Shown: one piece after another, positions 28,165-38,657 of the stretch | Layout of the letters: the number at the start of each line of letters is the position of its first letter | Numbering within the stretch: the first letter of the stretch is position 1 | Source of the DNA: Phycisphaerales bacterium Planc_01 | GTDB lineage: Bacteria; Planctomycetota; Phycisphaerae; Sedimentisphaerales; Anaerobacaceae | NCBI GenBank assembly: GCA_001603075.1 | Contig: LVBB01000080.1 | Span: 39,108-103,107, forward strand | Reading direction: 5' to 3' | Length of the DNA stretch: 64,000 nt | Position numbers and translations under genes: made by a program | Notes under the pieces: generated by a model | What the model was told of the DNA's origin: nothing | Seen by the model: only the letters and a program-made list of their open reading frames with translations | Databases searched by the model: none

Positions 28165-28466
28165 GACGCCGAGCATTGGCGGCAACGGTGATACTGGCGC
28201 GACTGGGTGTGGTTCGCGCCGCGTATGTCTTCGGCTCGCATGTCGAAGGCGCGGCCGACGCGTGGAGCGACATCGACGTGGCCGCGTTCGTCGAGGGGGT
28301 CGAGCATTGGGACATCCAGAAGCGCGCCGAGGCCATGGCGCTGGTCATGGAAGAGGCGGGATCCGACGTGGAGGCCCATTTGTTCCCCGCGTCCGCATTG
28401 GACAATCCGCCTCCGGGCGGATTCGCCGAGTACGTAGTGCGTCATGGCGCTCGTATTCTGATATGA
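28140..28466 (+). CDS. Minimal nucleotidyltransferase (MNT) domain protein
   Basis: AAYVFGSH..G.AD.WSDIDVA motif (GS-x10-DxD); start GTG 28140 or ATG 28110. Confidence 0.85.
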   Translation: MGTLDAEIGRRALAATVILARLGVVRAAYVFGSHVEGAADAWSDIDVAAFVEGVEHWDIQKRAEAMALVMEEAGSDVEAHLFPASALDNPPPGGFAEYVVRHGARILI

Positions 28467-28484
28467 GATCGGCTTGCTCTTCGG

Positions 28485-30266
28485 TCAACAGGCTTCGGCG
28501 AGACCGGCGATCTGTTTGACGGCTTCGATGCAGTCGGGCAGGTCGACCTGTGCGTGGCGGCGTTTCGTGGCGGCCGCGACGAGTCCGACGAACATCGGGC
28601 TGGGCCGCAGCGGGCGGCTCGTCAGGCACGGATGGGCCTGAGTCCCCATGAAGAACGGATGGTCCGGCAGTTCGAGGATCTGCATGATCGGCTGGTCGGG
28701 CGCCTTGCCGGAGAAGACCAGGCCGCCGGCTTCGAGCGTCTCGATATACTTCGGGTCCACCTCGTAACGATGGCGGAACCGCATCCGGACCGAATCCCTG
28801 CCACCGAAGAGGTTCCAGGCCACCGTGTCGGGCTTGATTTCGACGTCGCGGCCGCCCAGGCGCATGTTGCCGCCCAGGCCCTCGATCTTCTTCTGCTCGG
28901 GCAGAATGTCGATGACCGGTTCGGCGCATTTCGGGTCCAGCTCGGTGCTGCCGGCGCCCTTGAGCTTGCAGACGTTGCGGGCGAAATCGATCACCGCCAT
29001 CTGGAAACCCAAGCACAGGCCCAGATAGGGCAGGTCGTTCTCGCGGGCGTAGCGGACGCAGGCGATCTTGCCCTCGGCGCCGCGCGAGCCGAACCCGCCG
29101 GGCACGATGATACCGTCCACGCTCGCCAGACGCTCGCCCGCGTTCTTGTCGGTGATGTCCGTCGTGTCGATCCACTCGATGCCTACATCGCAGCCCAGGG
29201 CGATCCCCGCGTGCTCCAGGGCGTTGATGATCGAGGCGTAGCTGTCGCGGACGGAGGTGTACTTGCCCGTGATGCCGATGGTGGCCTTGTACCGGGCGGC
29301 GCCAATCTTGTCGGTGAAATCGCACCAGCGGGCCCATGCCTTCCGCTCGTGCCGCAGGTTGATGCGGTCCTCGATCTTGAGCAGGCGCAGCACCTCGAAG
29401 TCCAGCCCGTGCTCGCGCAGCATTGACGGGATCATGTAGATGCTGGCCGAGTCGTGCAGGCTGACGACGCGCTCGAACGGGACGTTGCTGTAGATGCTGA
29501 TCTTCTGTCGGGCCTTCTCGTTGACCGGATTCGTCGCCCGGCACGCGATGATGTCCGGCTGGATGCCGAGCTGCATCACCTGCTTGATCCCGAGCTGAGC
29601 GGCCTTGGATTTCTGCTCGCCCAGGGCCGGCGGCTCCAGGATATAGGTCAGTGCGACGAAGCAACTGCTGTGCGGTCCCTCCTCATAGGCCAGCTCGCGC
29701 ATTGCTTCGAGGTAGTAGGCGTTCTCCAGGTCGCCGACGGTGCCGCCGATCTCGACGAAGACGACGTCGGCCTTGCTCTCCGCGGCGAGCTGTCGCAGCT
29801 TGAGCTTCACCTCGCCGGTGACGTGCGGGATCATCTGGACATCCCGGCCGAGGTAGTCGCCGTGACGTTCCTTGCTCAGCACGCTGCTGAAAATCTGCCC
29901 GCTCGTGGCGAAGTTCGCCCGACTCAGGTCCAGATCCAGCATCCGCTCGTACGTGCCCAGGTCCATGTCGGTCTCCATCCCATCGTCGAGGACGAAAACC
30001 TCGCCGTGACGGAACGGGTTCAGCGTGCCCGAGTCGATGTTGAGGTAGCCTTCCAGCTTGATCGGCGCGACCTTCAGCCCTTTGTCCTGGAGCAGCTTGG
30101 CCAGGCACGAGGAGAAGATCCCCTTGCCCAGACCGCTCATCACCGTGCCCATGACGAACACGTACTTGGTCTTGCCCTTCTTGTAGCCCGTCGGGATCGG
30201 CGAGAAGAACTCGCTCTCCGTCGAGGCGTCACTGAGTTTCGTCAGCAGCTCTTTGCTGTCAGCCAT
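28485..30266 (-). CDS. pyrG: CTP synthase
   Basis: GTVMSGLGKG, GTLNPFRHGEVFV, EIGGTVGD, VPGGFGSRG, GLCLG, RFRHRYEV. Confidence 0.97.
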   Translation of the reverse strand: MADSKELLTKLSDASTESEFFSPIPTGYKKGKTKYVFVMGTVMSGLGKGIFSSCLAKLLQDKGLKVAPIKLEGYLNIDSGTLNPFRHGEVFVLDDGMETDMDLGTYERMLDLDLSRANFATSGQIFSSVLSKERHGDYLGRDVQMIPHVTGEVKLKLRQLAAESKADVVFVEIGGTVGDLENAYYLEAMRELAYEEGPHSSCFVALTYILEPPALGEQKSKAAQLGIKQVMQLGIQPDIIACRATNPVNEKARQKISIYSNVPFERVVSLHDSASIYMIPSMLREHGLDFEVLRLLKIEDRINLRHERKAWARWCDFTDKIGAARYKATIGITGKYTSVRDSYASIINALEHAGIALGCDVGIEWIDTTDITDKNAGERLASVDGIIVPGGFGSRGAEGKIACVRYARENDLPYLGLCLGFQMAVIDFARNVCKLKGAGSTELDPKCAEPVIDILPEQKKIEGLGGNMRLGGRDVEIKPDTVAWNLFGGRDSVRMRFRHRYEVDPKYIETLEAGGLVFSGKAPDQPIMQILELPDHPFFMGTQAHPCLTSRPLRPSPMFVGLVAAATKRRHAQVDLPDCIEAVKQIAGLAEAC

Positions 30267-31053
30267 TGGAATCCTGTCCTTGGGATGCTGGGGTGTTACG
30301 GGTCGGGTCGTTCATGTCCTGCTGGCGGTATCGTTGGACGAAGGCGGCGTATTGCTGGGGGGTGTCGATGCCTTCGGCGGTGTGCTCGACCGTGCCGACG
30401 AGGATGGCGTGGCCGTTCTCGATGACGCGGAGCTGTTCGAGCTTTTCGAGCTTTTCCAGGGGCGTCTGCGGCAAGGTCGCCAATTGCAGCAGGAAGTCTC
30501 GGCGGTAGGCGTAGATGCCGATGTGCCGCAGATACTGATCGGCCGGACCGATGCCGTTGCGGTCTCGGTCGTAGGGGATCGCGCTGCGGGAGAAGTAGAT
30601 CGCCCGCCCTCGCGTATCGACGATGGCCTTGACGACGTTGGGATCGGCCACCTGTTCGGCCTGCCGTAGCGGCGATGCCAGTGTCGCCATGGGAACGTCG
30701 GGGTTCTCGACGAGGAGCCGGGCCAGGAGGTCGATGTGGTCCGGGTCGATTTCGGGCTCGTCGCCCTGGACGTTGACGACGATGTCGGCGTCCAGACCGG
30801 CGACGGCCTCGGCGATGCGGTCGGTCCCGCTCTGGTGGGCCGGGTCGGTCATCACGCACTCGGCGCCGAAGGCCCTGGCGGCCTCGACGATTCGCTCGTC
30901 GTCGGCAGCGATGAGCACTCTTTGAGGCAGGGCGGCCTTGCAGGCCCGCTCGTAGGTGTGCTGGACGAGATATTTGCCGGTATCTTGGGCGAGAACTTTC
31001 CCGGGGAACCTGGTCGAATCGTACCTCGCCGGTATACAGACTACGATTTTCAC
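30259..31053 (-). CDS. kdsB: 3-deoxy-manno-octulosonate cytidylyltransferase
   Basis: IPARYDSTRFPGK, HQSGTDR, VNVQGDEP, AIYFSR, HIGIYAY, LEQLR; GTG start 31053. Confidence 0.96.
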   Translation of the reverse strand: MKIVVCIPARYDSTRFPGKVLAQDTGKYLVQHTYERACKAALPQRVLIAADDERIVEAARAFGAECVMTDPAHQSGTDRIAEAVAGLDADIVVNVQGDEPEIDPDHIDLLARLLVENPDVPMATLASPLRQAEQVADPNVVKAIVDTRGRAIYFSRSAIPYDRDRNGIGPADQYLRHIGIYAYRRDFLLQLATLPQTPLEKLEKLEQLRVIENGHAILVGTVEHTAEGIDTPQQYAAFVQRYRQQDMNDPTRNTPASQGQDSNG

Positions 31054-31168
31054 CGTCGCTCGAACATGCACGCGTGAACAGTCATTTGGCCCAAGTGGCT
31101 GTTCATATTGGAAAAGACAAGACCCCGTTGCGGCCACACGCCCCAACCCAGATAGCCAACGGGACCGT

Positions 31169-31197
31169 ATCATAGACCGATCAATGCGGACTGTCAA
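31169..31197 (-). promoter_or_regulatory. sigma70 promoter for kdsB-pyrG
   Basis: Minus strand TTGACA-17bp-TATGAT. Confidence 0.65.
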
Positions 31198-31293
31198 CTA
31201 TTGATGACTTGAAATCCGAGGATGGTGTTCTATACTTCACGGGCGGGTCGCGCGAACGAACGTCAAATCCCGTCGATTGAAGAAAGGAATGCC

Positions 31294-31719
31294 ATGCTCA
31301 AGAACGTCCCGCCGGTGATCGGTCCGGAGTTGATGAAGGTCCTGATGGAGATGGGCCACGGCGACGAGATCGTGCTGGCCGACGGCAACTTTCCCGCCGC
31401 CGGCATCGCGCAACGACTGCTCCGCTGCGACGGGCATGATGTGCCGCCGCTGTTGGAGGCGGTCCTGAAGTTCTTCCCGCTCGATATCTATGTCGAGCGG
31501 CCGGTAGCCCTGATGGCGGTGGTCCCGGGCGATAAGACCCGCCCGACGATCTGGGAGCAATACCGCCAGATCGTGGTCGCCAGCGGAGAAAAATTCTCGG
31601 ATTTCGAGTTCGTCGAGCGGTTTGCCTTCTACGAGCGGGCCAAGAAGGCCTACGCCGTGGTCGCGACCAGCGAAAAGGCCCTTTACGCCAATATTATCCT
31701 GAAGAAGGGCGTTTTGTAG
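31294..31719 (+). CDS. fucU: L-fucose mutarotase (RbsD/FucU family)
   Basis: MLK..P....PEL...L.EMGHGDEIVLADGNFP...ERFAFYERAK.AYAVVAT.E...YANIILKKGV. Confidence 0.9.
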   Translation: MLKNVPPVIGPELMKVLMEMGHGDEIVLADGNFPAAGIAQRLLRCDGHDVPPLLEAVLKFFPLDIYVERPVALMAVVPGDKTRPTIWEQYRQIVVASGEKFSDFEFVERFAFYERAKKAYAVVATSEKALYANIILKKGVL

Positions 31720-31873
31720 GCCATGTCTGCAAGTCGGACGCTCATTTGGGTCTTGTGGGGAGTCTGCGGCAAATGCGACGGATGGCTTGGGTCCTTCGGG
31801 TGGTTCCGGGGCGGATCGGGGGGCTGCCCGGGCCGGAAAAGACGACTTTGTCCTATAAATGGGCTCTGGATTC

Positions 31874-31902
31874 TTGACACAAACGCGATCTGGCGGTACA
31901 AT
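31874..31902 (+). promoter_or_regulatory. Near-consensus sigma70 promoter for the prepilin-type gene pair
   Basis: TTGACA-17bp-TACAAT. Confidence 0.7.
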
Positions 31903-32200
31903 TGACGTGTTCTGGTGATATTGGGTCCGCGTCCGGCGTGTTTGCTTTGCTGTCGAGGCAGAGCGGTTCTCACTTGGGCGCTGCCGACGGCGTCTCGGTC
32001 GCGGATGAGGTGAAGAAAGACGGAACAGGCATGGGTGTCCGCGCATCAAGGGTGTAGTTTTTGCGGATGTCTGCGCTCTGCGGCGGTGGGTGGCTGCTCG
32101 CGGGGGATGGGTTTGTCTGACTCGCGGAGGCCGTGTCCTGTTGCAGAGCAGGGGTGGCAGTTTTGGAGCGCCTGGAGAGGCCAAAGAAAAGGAAAGGTTC

Positions 32201-33028
<828 letters not shown>

Positions 33029-33127
33029 TCAGAACGGGACACAATACGCGGCACGTGAGAGCGCATGGCGTGTGGCCGAAGTGGTCGGGCCGTACATAAG
33101 ATCAGCGACACGGGTAGGAGCAGAACG

Positions 33128-33949
33128 ATGGATAAAAGAGCGAAGGGTTTCACACTGATCGAGCTTCTGGTGGTCATCGCCATCATCGCGATATTGATGG
33201 CCATTCTGATGCCGACACTGAGTCGCGCCCGGGAGCAGGGCCGGCGGGCGGCGTGCATGGCCAACCTCAAGCAGTTGACGCTCGCATGGCTGATGTATGC
33301 CGATGAGAACAGCGGCAAGATCGTCAACGGCGCGGCCGGTATCGACAGTACCGTTGCGTCACAAGGGCCCTACTGGGCGGGCAAGTGCTGGCACGACAGC
33401 TACTCCTCCGGTATGATCCTGGACGAGGAGTTGCAGAGAGACGGCATCAAGAAAGGCGCTCTGTACGCCTACATCCGGGACACGGGCCCCTATCGCTGCC
33501 CGACCGGCACGCGGGGCGAATTGCTGACCTATGCGGCGATGGATTCGGTGAACGGGCTATCGAGAACGGGAACCGTCTCGGGAAGCGTGGGGACCCGCGT
33601 GGGCAAGACGGTTACGTGGCTGCGGCGCGTCGATGAGATCATCAGCCCCGGTCCGGCGTATCGCATGGTCTTCATCGACGAGGGATGGGTGACGCCCGAC
33701 AGCTACGCCGTGCACTATGTGCAGGAAACCTGGTGGGACGACGCCCCCGTGCGACACGGAGACGGTGTCAACATCTCCATGGCGGACGGCCACGTCGAGT
33801 ACTGGAAGTGGCGAGGCGCCGGTACGATCAAGTACGGCAAGGCCCAGCAGAAGGCGCACTCGAGCAACAACCGCGCACCGGAATCGGAAGAAGATCGCGA
33901 AGATCTGCACAGGCTGCAGACCGCCACATGGGGCCGTCTGGGCTACTGA
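33128..33949 (+). CDS. Prepilin-type N-terminal cleavage/methylation protein with H-X9-DG domain
   Basis: [15 protein letters not shown]; [14 protein letters not shown]. Confidence 0.9.
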   Translation: MDKRAKGFTLIELLVVIAIIAILMAILMPTLSRAREQGRRAACMANLKQLTLAWLMYADENSGKIVNGAAGIDSTVASQGPYWAGKCWHDSYSSGMILDEELQRDGIKKGALYAYIRDTGPYRCPTGTRGELLTYAAMDSVNGLSRTGTVSGSVGTRVGKTVTWLRRVDEIISPGPAYRMVFIDEGWVTPDSYAVHYVQETWWDDAPVRHGDGVNISMADGHVEYWKWRGAGTIKYGKAQQKAHSSNNRAPESEEDREDLHRLQTATWGRLGY

Positions 33950-34015
33950 CAGCGGCTGGCTGGTCCATCGGAGGCGGACCGGCGCAGGAAGATACAATCT
34001 CCGGCTGATATCGAC

Positions 34016-34050
34016 GAGGTCCCTGTCTTCGGACGGGGACCTCTTTTTTT
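34016..34050 (+). terminator. Rho-independent terminator
   Basis: GAGGTCCCTGTC-TTCG-GACGGGGACCTC followed by 7 T. Confidence 0.9.
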
Positions 34051-34077
34051 GGTGCCTTCGGAGGGTCTCCGTGTCGT

Positions 34078-34572
34078 TCAGGGCGTCCGTCGTCTGTCGC
34101 GATAGCTCAGCGGAACGACGAGGACGGCGCAATCGGCCTTGCGGACGACCTTCTCGGTGACGTTGCCGAACAGGGCCTTCTGGAGCGCCCCGCGTCCCTG
34201 GCGTCCCATGACGATCAGATCGACCTGATGCTCGCGGGCGAAGGCGAGGATCTCCTGGTGGTCCTTGCCGATGCGGATCTCGACCTTCAGCTCGATGTGC
34301 TCGGGCAGTTTCGAACGATACGTCTCGATCCGTTCGTCGACGTCGTGGCGGGCCTTGGCATCGACGTCGTCCACCTCGTAGATATACGTCTTCCAGAACT
34401 GGGCCTCGGACTCGGGGATCACATGCAGCAGGTAGAGCCGGCACCCGGGCCGTCGGCTGGCGGCATCGACCGCAAAGGAGAAGGCGAAATCCGCGTTCTC
34501 CGAGAAGTCGGTGCAAAAGAGGATATGGGAGAACGTCGTTTCACCTGAGTTGAGCGGGTCCATTGTCCACAT
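34078..34572 (-). CDS. Universal stress protein (UspA family)
   Basis: ILFCTDFS, LLHVI, DLIVMGRQG, LFGNVTEKVVRKA.C.VLVVP. Confidence 0.92.
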   Translation of the reverse strand: MWTMDPLNSGETTFSHILFCTDFSENADFAFSFAVDAASRRPGCRLYLLHVIPESEAQFWKTYIYEVDDVDAKARHDVDERIETYRSKLPEHIELKVEIRIGKDHQEILAFAREHQVDLIVMGRQGRGALQKALFGNVTEKVVRKADCAVLVVPLSYRDRRRTP

Positions 34573-34605
34573 GTCTCCCGAACGGCCCGTGCAGGGGCGT
34601 TCTGT

Positions 34606-35907
34606 CTATCTGACCATCTCCGGCAGAAACAGGCACAGTCGAGGGAAGGCGATCAGGACGATCGCCGCGACGATCAGGGCCGCCAGGAATGGCAGGGCCC
34701 CGCGAAAGACCGTCTGCAGGGGCACGTCGCGGGCGATGCCGCTGACCACATATACGCACACGCCCACCGGCGGGCTGATCACGCCCATCTGGGTGACGAC
34801 CACGATGATCACGCCGAACCAGATCGGATCGTAGCCGAGCTGGAGGACTACAGGGTAGAAGATGGGGATGGTCAGGAGGATCAGGCCCAGGGCATCGACG
34901 AAGCAGCCGGCCAGAAGGTAGAACAGAATGATCAGGCCCATGACGCTCCAGCCGGGAAGAGGCAGATTCGCCAGGAACGAGGCCAGCTCGTAGGGGATCC
35001 GCGTTACCGCCAGAAATCGGCCGAAGATGACGGCGCCGGTGACGATGATCATGACCATGCACGAGGTGCGGACGGTCTCCTGAAGCGAACGGATCACCTT
35101 ACGGATGGTCAACTGCCTCTTGACCAGGGCGATCACCAGAGTGCCGGCCGCCCCGATGGCCGCCGCCTCGGTGGGGGTGAAGAACCCGGCGAACATCCCG
35201 CCCATGACCACGATAAAGAGCACCAGGGTCTCGATGACGCCCGTCAGCGAGGCGAACCTGGCGGCCCAGCTTGTCGGCGGGGCGGCGGGGCCGAGATGCG
35301 GACGCCGCCTGCAACTTATGTAGATCGTCAGGCAGAACAGCAACGCGATCAAAAGGCCGGGGACGATCCCCGCAATGAACAGCTTGCCCACCGATTGTTC
35401 GGTCATGATCGCATAGACGATGAAGACCACACTCGGCGGGATCAGCATGCCCAGGCTGCCGCCGGCGGCGACGGCCCCGCAGCCGAGTTCCATGCTGTAC
35501 TTGTAGCGCTTCATCTCGGGCAGGGCCACCGAAGCCATCGTCGCGGCGGTGGCCGGGCCCGACCCGCAGATCGCGCCGAAGGCGGTGCAGGCGCCCACCG
35601 TGGCCATGGCCAGGCCGCCCGGCAGGGCGCCGAGCCAGTGATAGGCGGCGTTGAACAGCCGCCGGCTGATCCCGGCGTGGAAGGCCACCTGTCCCATCAG
35701 TACGAACAGCGGGATCACGGTCAGGCCGTACGAGCTGAACGTGTCGTACAGGTCCATCGTGATCATGCTCATCGCGGCCTGGGGGGTGCGGACTACCGCG
35801 AACCCGACGAACCCGACGACGGCCATCGCGAATGCCACGGGCAGGCTGGCCGCCAGCAGGACGAGCAGACAAAGGCAACCGAGAATGCCAATCTGGATCG
35901 GCGTCAT
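34606..35907 (-). CDS. dctM: TRAP transporter large permease
   Basis: VIPLFVLMG, FGAICGSG.ATAA, GGSLGMLIPPS, FTPTEAAA, ISPPVG. Confidence 0.95.
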   Translation of the reverse strand: MTPIQIGILGCLCLLVLLAASLPVAFAMAVVGFVGFAVVRTPQAAMSMITMDLYDTFSSYGLTVIPLFVLMGQVAFHAGISRRLFNAAYHWLGALPGGLAMATVGACTAFGAICGSGPATAATMASVALPEMKRYKYSMELGCGAVAAGGSLGMLIPPSVVFIVYAIMTEQSVGKLFIAGIVPGLLIALLFCLTIYISCRRRPHLGPAAPPTSWAARFASLTGVIETLVLFIVVMGGMFAGFFTPTEAAAIGAAGTLVIALVKRQLTIRKVIRSLQETVRTSCMVMIIVTGAVIFGRFLAVTRIPYELASFLANLPLPGWSVMGLIILFYLLAGCFVDALGLILLTIPIFYPVVLQLGYDPIWFGVIIVVVTQMGVISPPVGVCVYVVSGIARDVPLQTVFRGALPFLAALIVAAIVLIAFPRLCLFLPEMVR

Positions 35908-36437
35908 GGCTTGATCATCTCCCGGTCCGGATGGAGGAGGCTGTGTCCGACCACCAGGACGACGATCGCACAGCACAAGCCGATGACGTACAGGACCCAG
36001 AAGACCGGGAACTGGAGCGTCTGGCTGACCTGCCCGGTCCGGCGAAAATCGAGCCCATAAAGGACGCTGCGCCAGGCGAGAAAGGCGAACAGGGCCATCG
36101 TCAGCAGCCGCATCACACTGTCGACCGCAACCCGGCCACGGCGGTTGAGCTTGTGGAAGAAGTACTCGATCGCCACATGGCCCTTGACCGCCGTGGTGTA
36201 GGGCAGCGCCGTCGCCAGGCTCAGCGCCCCGAGGATCTTGACGATGTCGTAGGCGCCGACGAACGGGCGATTGATCCACCGCAGGCGCAGGATCACGTCG
36301 GCGCATGTGACCAGCATGATCGCCAGCACACTGAGGCCGGAGACGATCGCCATCGCATAGACGATGACACGCAGCGCCTTGCCACAGGCGGCCCACACGG
36401 CCGTTAGAAGCGACATGAAGCCCGCCGATTCCGCCAT
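35904..36437 (-). CDS. dctQ: TRAP transporter small permease
   Basis: Four TM helices, DVILR....RP..GAYDIV, HVAIE. Confidence 0.9.
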   Translation of the reverse strand: MAESAGFMSLLTAVWAACGKALRVIVYAMAIVSGLSVLAIMLVTCADVILRLRWINRPFVGAYDIVKILGALSLATALPYTTAVKGHVAIEYFFHKLNRRGRVAVDSVMRLLTMALFAFLAWRSVLYGLDFRRTGQVSQTLQFPVFWVLYVIGLCCAIVVLVVGHSLLHPDREMIKP

Positions 36438-37475
36438 TTACTGTCCAGTCGCTTCCGAATGTTTCGCAATCGCCGCCCGCAGGTCGTCCAGGAACTGCTG
36501 GCCGGGCAGGCCCTTTTCGGCCGCGGCCTTGACGTACTCGTCGAGGACGGGTTGGACCGCCGCCTGCCAGCGCTGCTGCTCGGCCGCATCCAGCGTGATC
36601 ACCTCGCGCCGGAGTTCTTCAATGAACGCCGCCCCTTCCTGATCGGCCTGGTCCCACGCCTGGCCGTGTTTGGCGACCCATTCTTCACTGACCTCGGCGA
36701 AGATCTTCTGAACGTTGGGACTGAGGCGGTCCCAGGCGTCCTTGTTCATCACGACGAACATGGCCGTCGTATAGCCGATGACCGACGTTTCGGTCACGTG
36801 GTTGATGACCTCGGCCTGCTTCCAGCCTTTGAGCGTCTCGATCGGGCAGAACGTGGCGTCGACCACGCCCTTCTGGAGGGCCTCATAGGTCTCGCCCTGG
36901 CTCATCGCGATGGGGGTGCCGCCCAGGCTCTGGACGATCTTGGACGACAGGCCCGTGGCGCGGACCTTCAGATCGGCCAGGTCCTCCAGTCGGCGCACCG
37001 GCTTGCGCGAGGCGAGGATGCCCGGCCCGTGTGCGTGGACGTACAGCACGCGAACGTCGGCGACCTCGGCGGGCTGGTACTTGTGCGTCATCTCCGTCGC
37101 GACCTTCGTGGCCACCATGCCGTTGGGGTAGCCCAGAGGCAGGTCGAGTCCTTCGAGCAGGGGGAAGCGTCCGCGCGTGTAGGCGAAGCAGCTCATGCCG
37201 ATGTCGGAGACGCCGCTGACGACGCCCTCATAACACTGCGGGGCATTGGTCAGCGTGCCGCCCGGATAGATGGTGATTTTGACCTGCCCGTTCGTGCGCC
37301 TGCCGATCTCGTCGGCCCATGTCTGGGCCGTCTGGCACTGAATGTGCGTCGGCGGGAAGAACACACTGTACGACAGCTCCGTCACCTTCTCTTCGGGCGA
37401 CGGACCACAGCCCAGCAGGGCTGTCAGCACGATTCCTGCGACCACGAGCGACATGAAGATGTTGCACCATCTCAT
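36438..37475 (-). CDS. dctP: TRAP substrate-binding protein, lipoprotein-type signal
   Basis: LLG-C lipobox; EI..RTNG.VKI.IYPGGTL, GLKVR-like [18 protein letters not shown]. Confidence 0.93.
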   Translation of the reverse strand: MRWCNIFMSLVVAGIVLTALLGCGPSPEEKVTELSYSVFFPPTHIQCQTAQTWADEIGRRTNGQVKITIYPGGTLTNAPQCYEGVVSGVSDIGMSCFAYTRGRFPLLEGLDLPLGYPNGMVATKVATEMTHKYQPAEVADVRVLYVHAHGPGILASRKPVRRLEDLADLKVRATGLSSKIVQSLGGTPIAMSQGETYEALQKGVVDATFCPIETLKGWKQAEVINHVTETSVIGYTTAMFVVMNKDAWDRLSPNVQKIFAEVSEEWVAKHGQAWDQADQEGAAFIEELRREVITLDAAEQQRWQAAVQPVLDEYVKAAAEKGLPGQQFLDDLRAAIAKHSEATGQ

Positions 37476-37702
37476 GAGAATACCTCCCAGCAGCCCACAC
37501 CGTTAAGTCGGCAGCGGCCTCGGCCTCGCCGAGACGCGCACGGATACGCACCTTCTCACCGGCCATACTACGGCAGAATCCATCCGGTTGCAAGAACTCC
37601 CTTTTCGGATTGCAGGCGAGCTTGTTCTGGCGGCGGCCGGCGTGTACAATGAACATGGCGCAATGACCGTGGGAACCTTCACTGCACTTAGGGGGACACA
37701 AT

Positions 37703-38647
37703 TTGGCGACCGAGCGAATGGAGAATCCACGGGTGACGCCCTTGAAGCGGAACCTCCAGGGTGTCATCCTCGGCAAGAGCGACAGCATCGACGTGATGAT
37801 CGTCGCGCTGCTGGCGGGCGGGTCGGTCCTGATCGAAGACGTGCCGGGCGTGGGCAAGACCACGCTGGCCAAGGCCCTGGCCCAGAGCATCGACGCGACC
37901 TACCGGCGGATTCAGTTCACGCCCGATCTGTTGCCGGCCGACATCCTCGGCTCGTCCATCTACAACCCGGTCAGCGGGGATTTTCGGTTCGATCCGGGCC
38001 CGATCTTCTGCAACATCCTGCTGGCCGACGAGATCAACCGGGCCTCGCCGCGAACGCAGTCGGCCCTGCTGGAGGCGATGAACGAGAACCAGACAACGAT
38101 CGAGGGCCAGCGCCGGCCGTTGGCCAAGCCCTTCATGGTGATCGCTACGGAGAACCCCATCGAGTTCCACGGCACCTATCCGCTGCCGGAGGCGCAGTTG
38201 GACCGCTTCCTGGTCCGTCTGGCGATCGGCTACCCGTCGGCCGAGGTCGAGGTCGATATTCTCAAGTCGCACGCGAACCACGAGCCGATCGAGAGCGTTG
38301 AGCCGGTGCTGAGTCTGGAGCAGGTCCGCCGGATCCAGGAGGAGGTGGCCGAGGTGCACGTCGATGATACGATCCTCGAATACATCGTCGAGATCGTGCA
38401 TGCGACGCGGCACGACAACCGGCTCGAACTGGGCGTCAGCACCCGCGGGACCCTGATGCTCTCGCGGGCCGCCCGCGCCAGGGCGTATGCTTTGGATCGG
38501 GATTTCGTGATCCCCGACGACGTGGCATGGGTGATCCCGCACGTGCTGCCGCATCGCATCCTGCTGACGGCCAAGACGCAGCACAGCGGCGTGACGGCCC
38601 AGCAGGTCGTTGCGGAGATCGTCGGGCGGATCAAGGTCCCCGTGTGA
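37703..38647 (+). CDS. moxR: MoxR-family AAA+ ATPase
   Basis: EDVPGVGKT, RIQFTPDLLPADI.G, LLADEINRASPRTQSALLEAM, PLPEAQLDRF. Confidence 0.95.
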   Translation: MATERMENPRVTPLKRNLQGVILGKSDSIDVMIVALLAGGSVLIEDVPGVGKTTLAKALAQSIDATYRRIQFTPDLLPADILGSSIYNPVSGDFRFDPGPIFCNILLADEINRASPRTQSALLEAMNENQTTIEGQRRPLAKPFMVIATENPIEFHGTYPLPEAQLDRFLVRLAIGYPSAEVEVDILKSHANHEPIESVEPVLSLEQVRRIQEEVAEVHVDDTILEYIVEIVHATRHDNRLELGVSTRGTLMLSRAARARAYALDRDFVIPDDVAWVIPHVLPHRILLTAKTQHSGVTAQQVVAEIVGRIKVPV

Positions 38648-38657
38648 GGTGTCAGGT

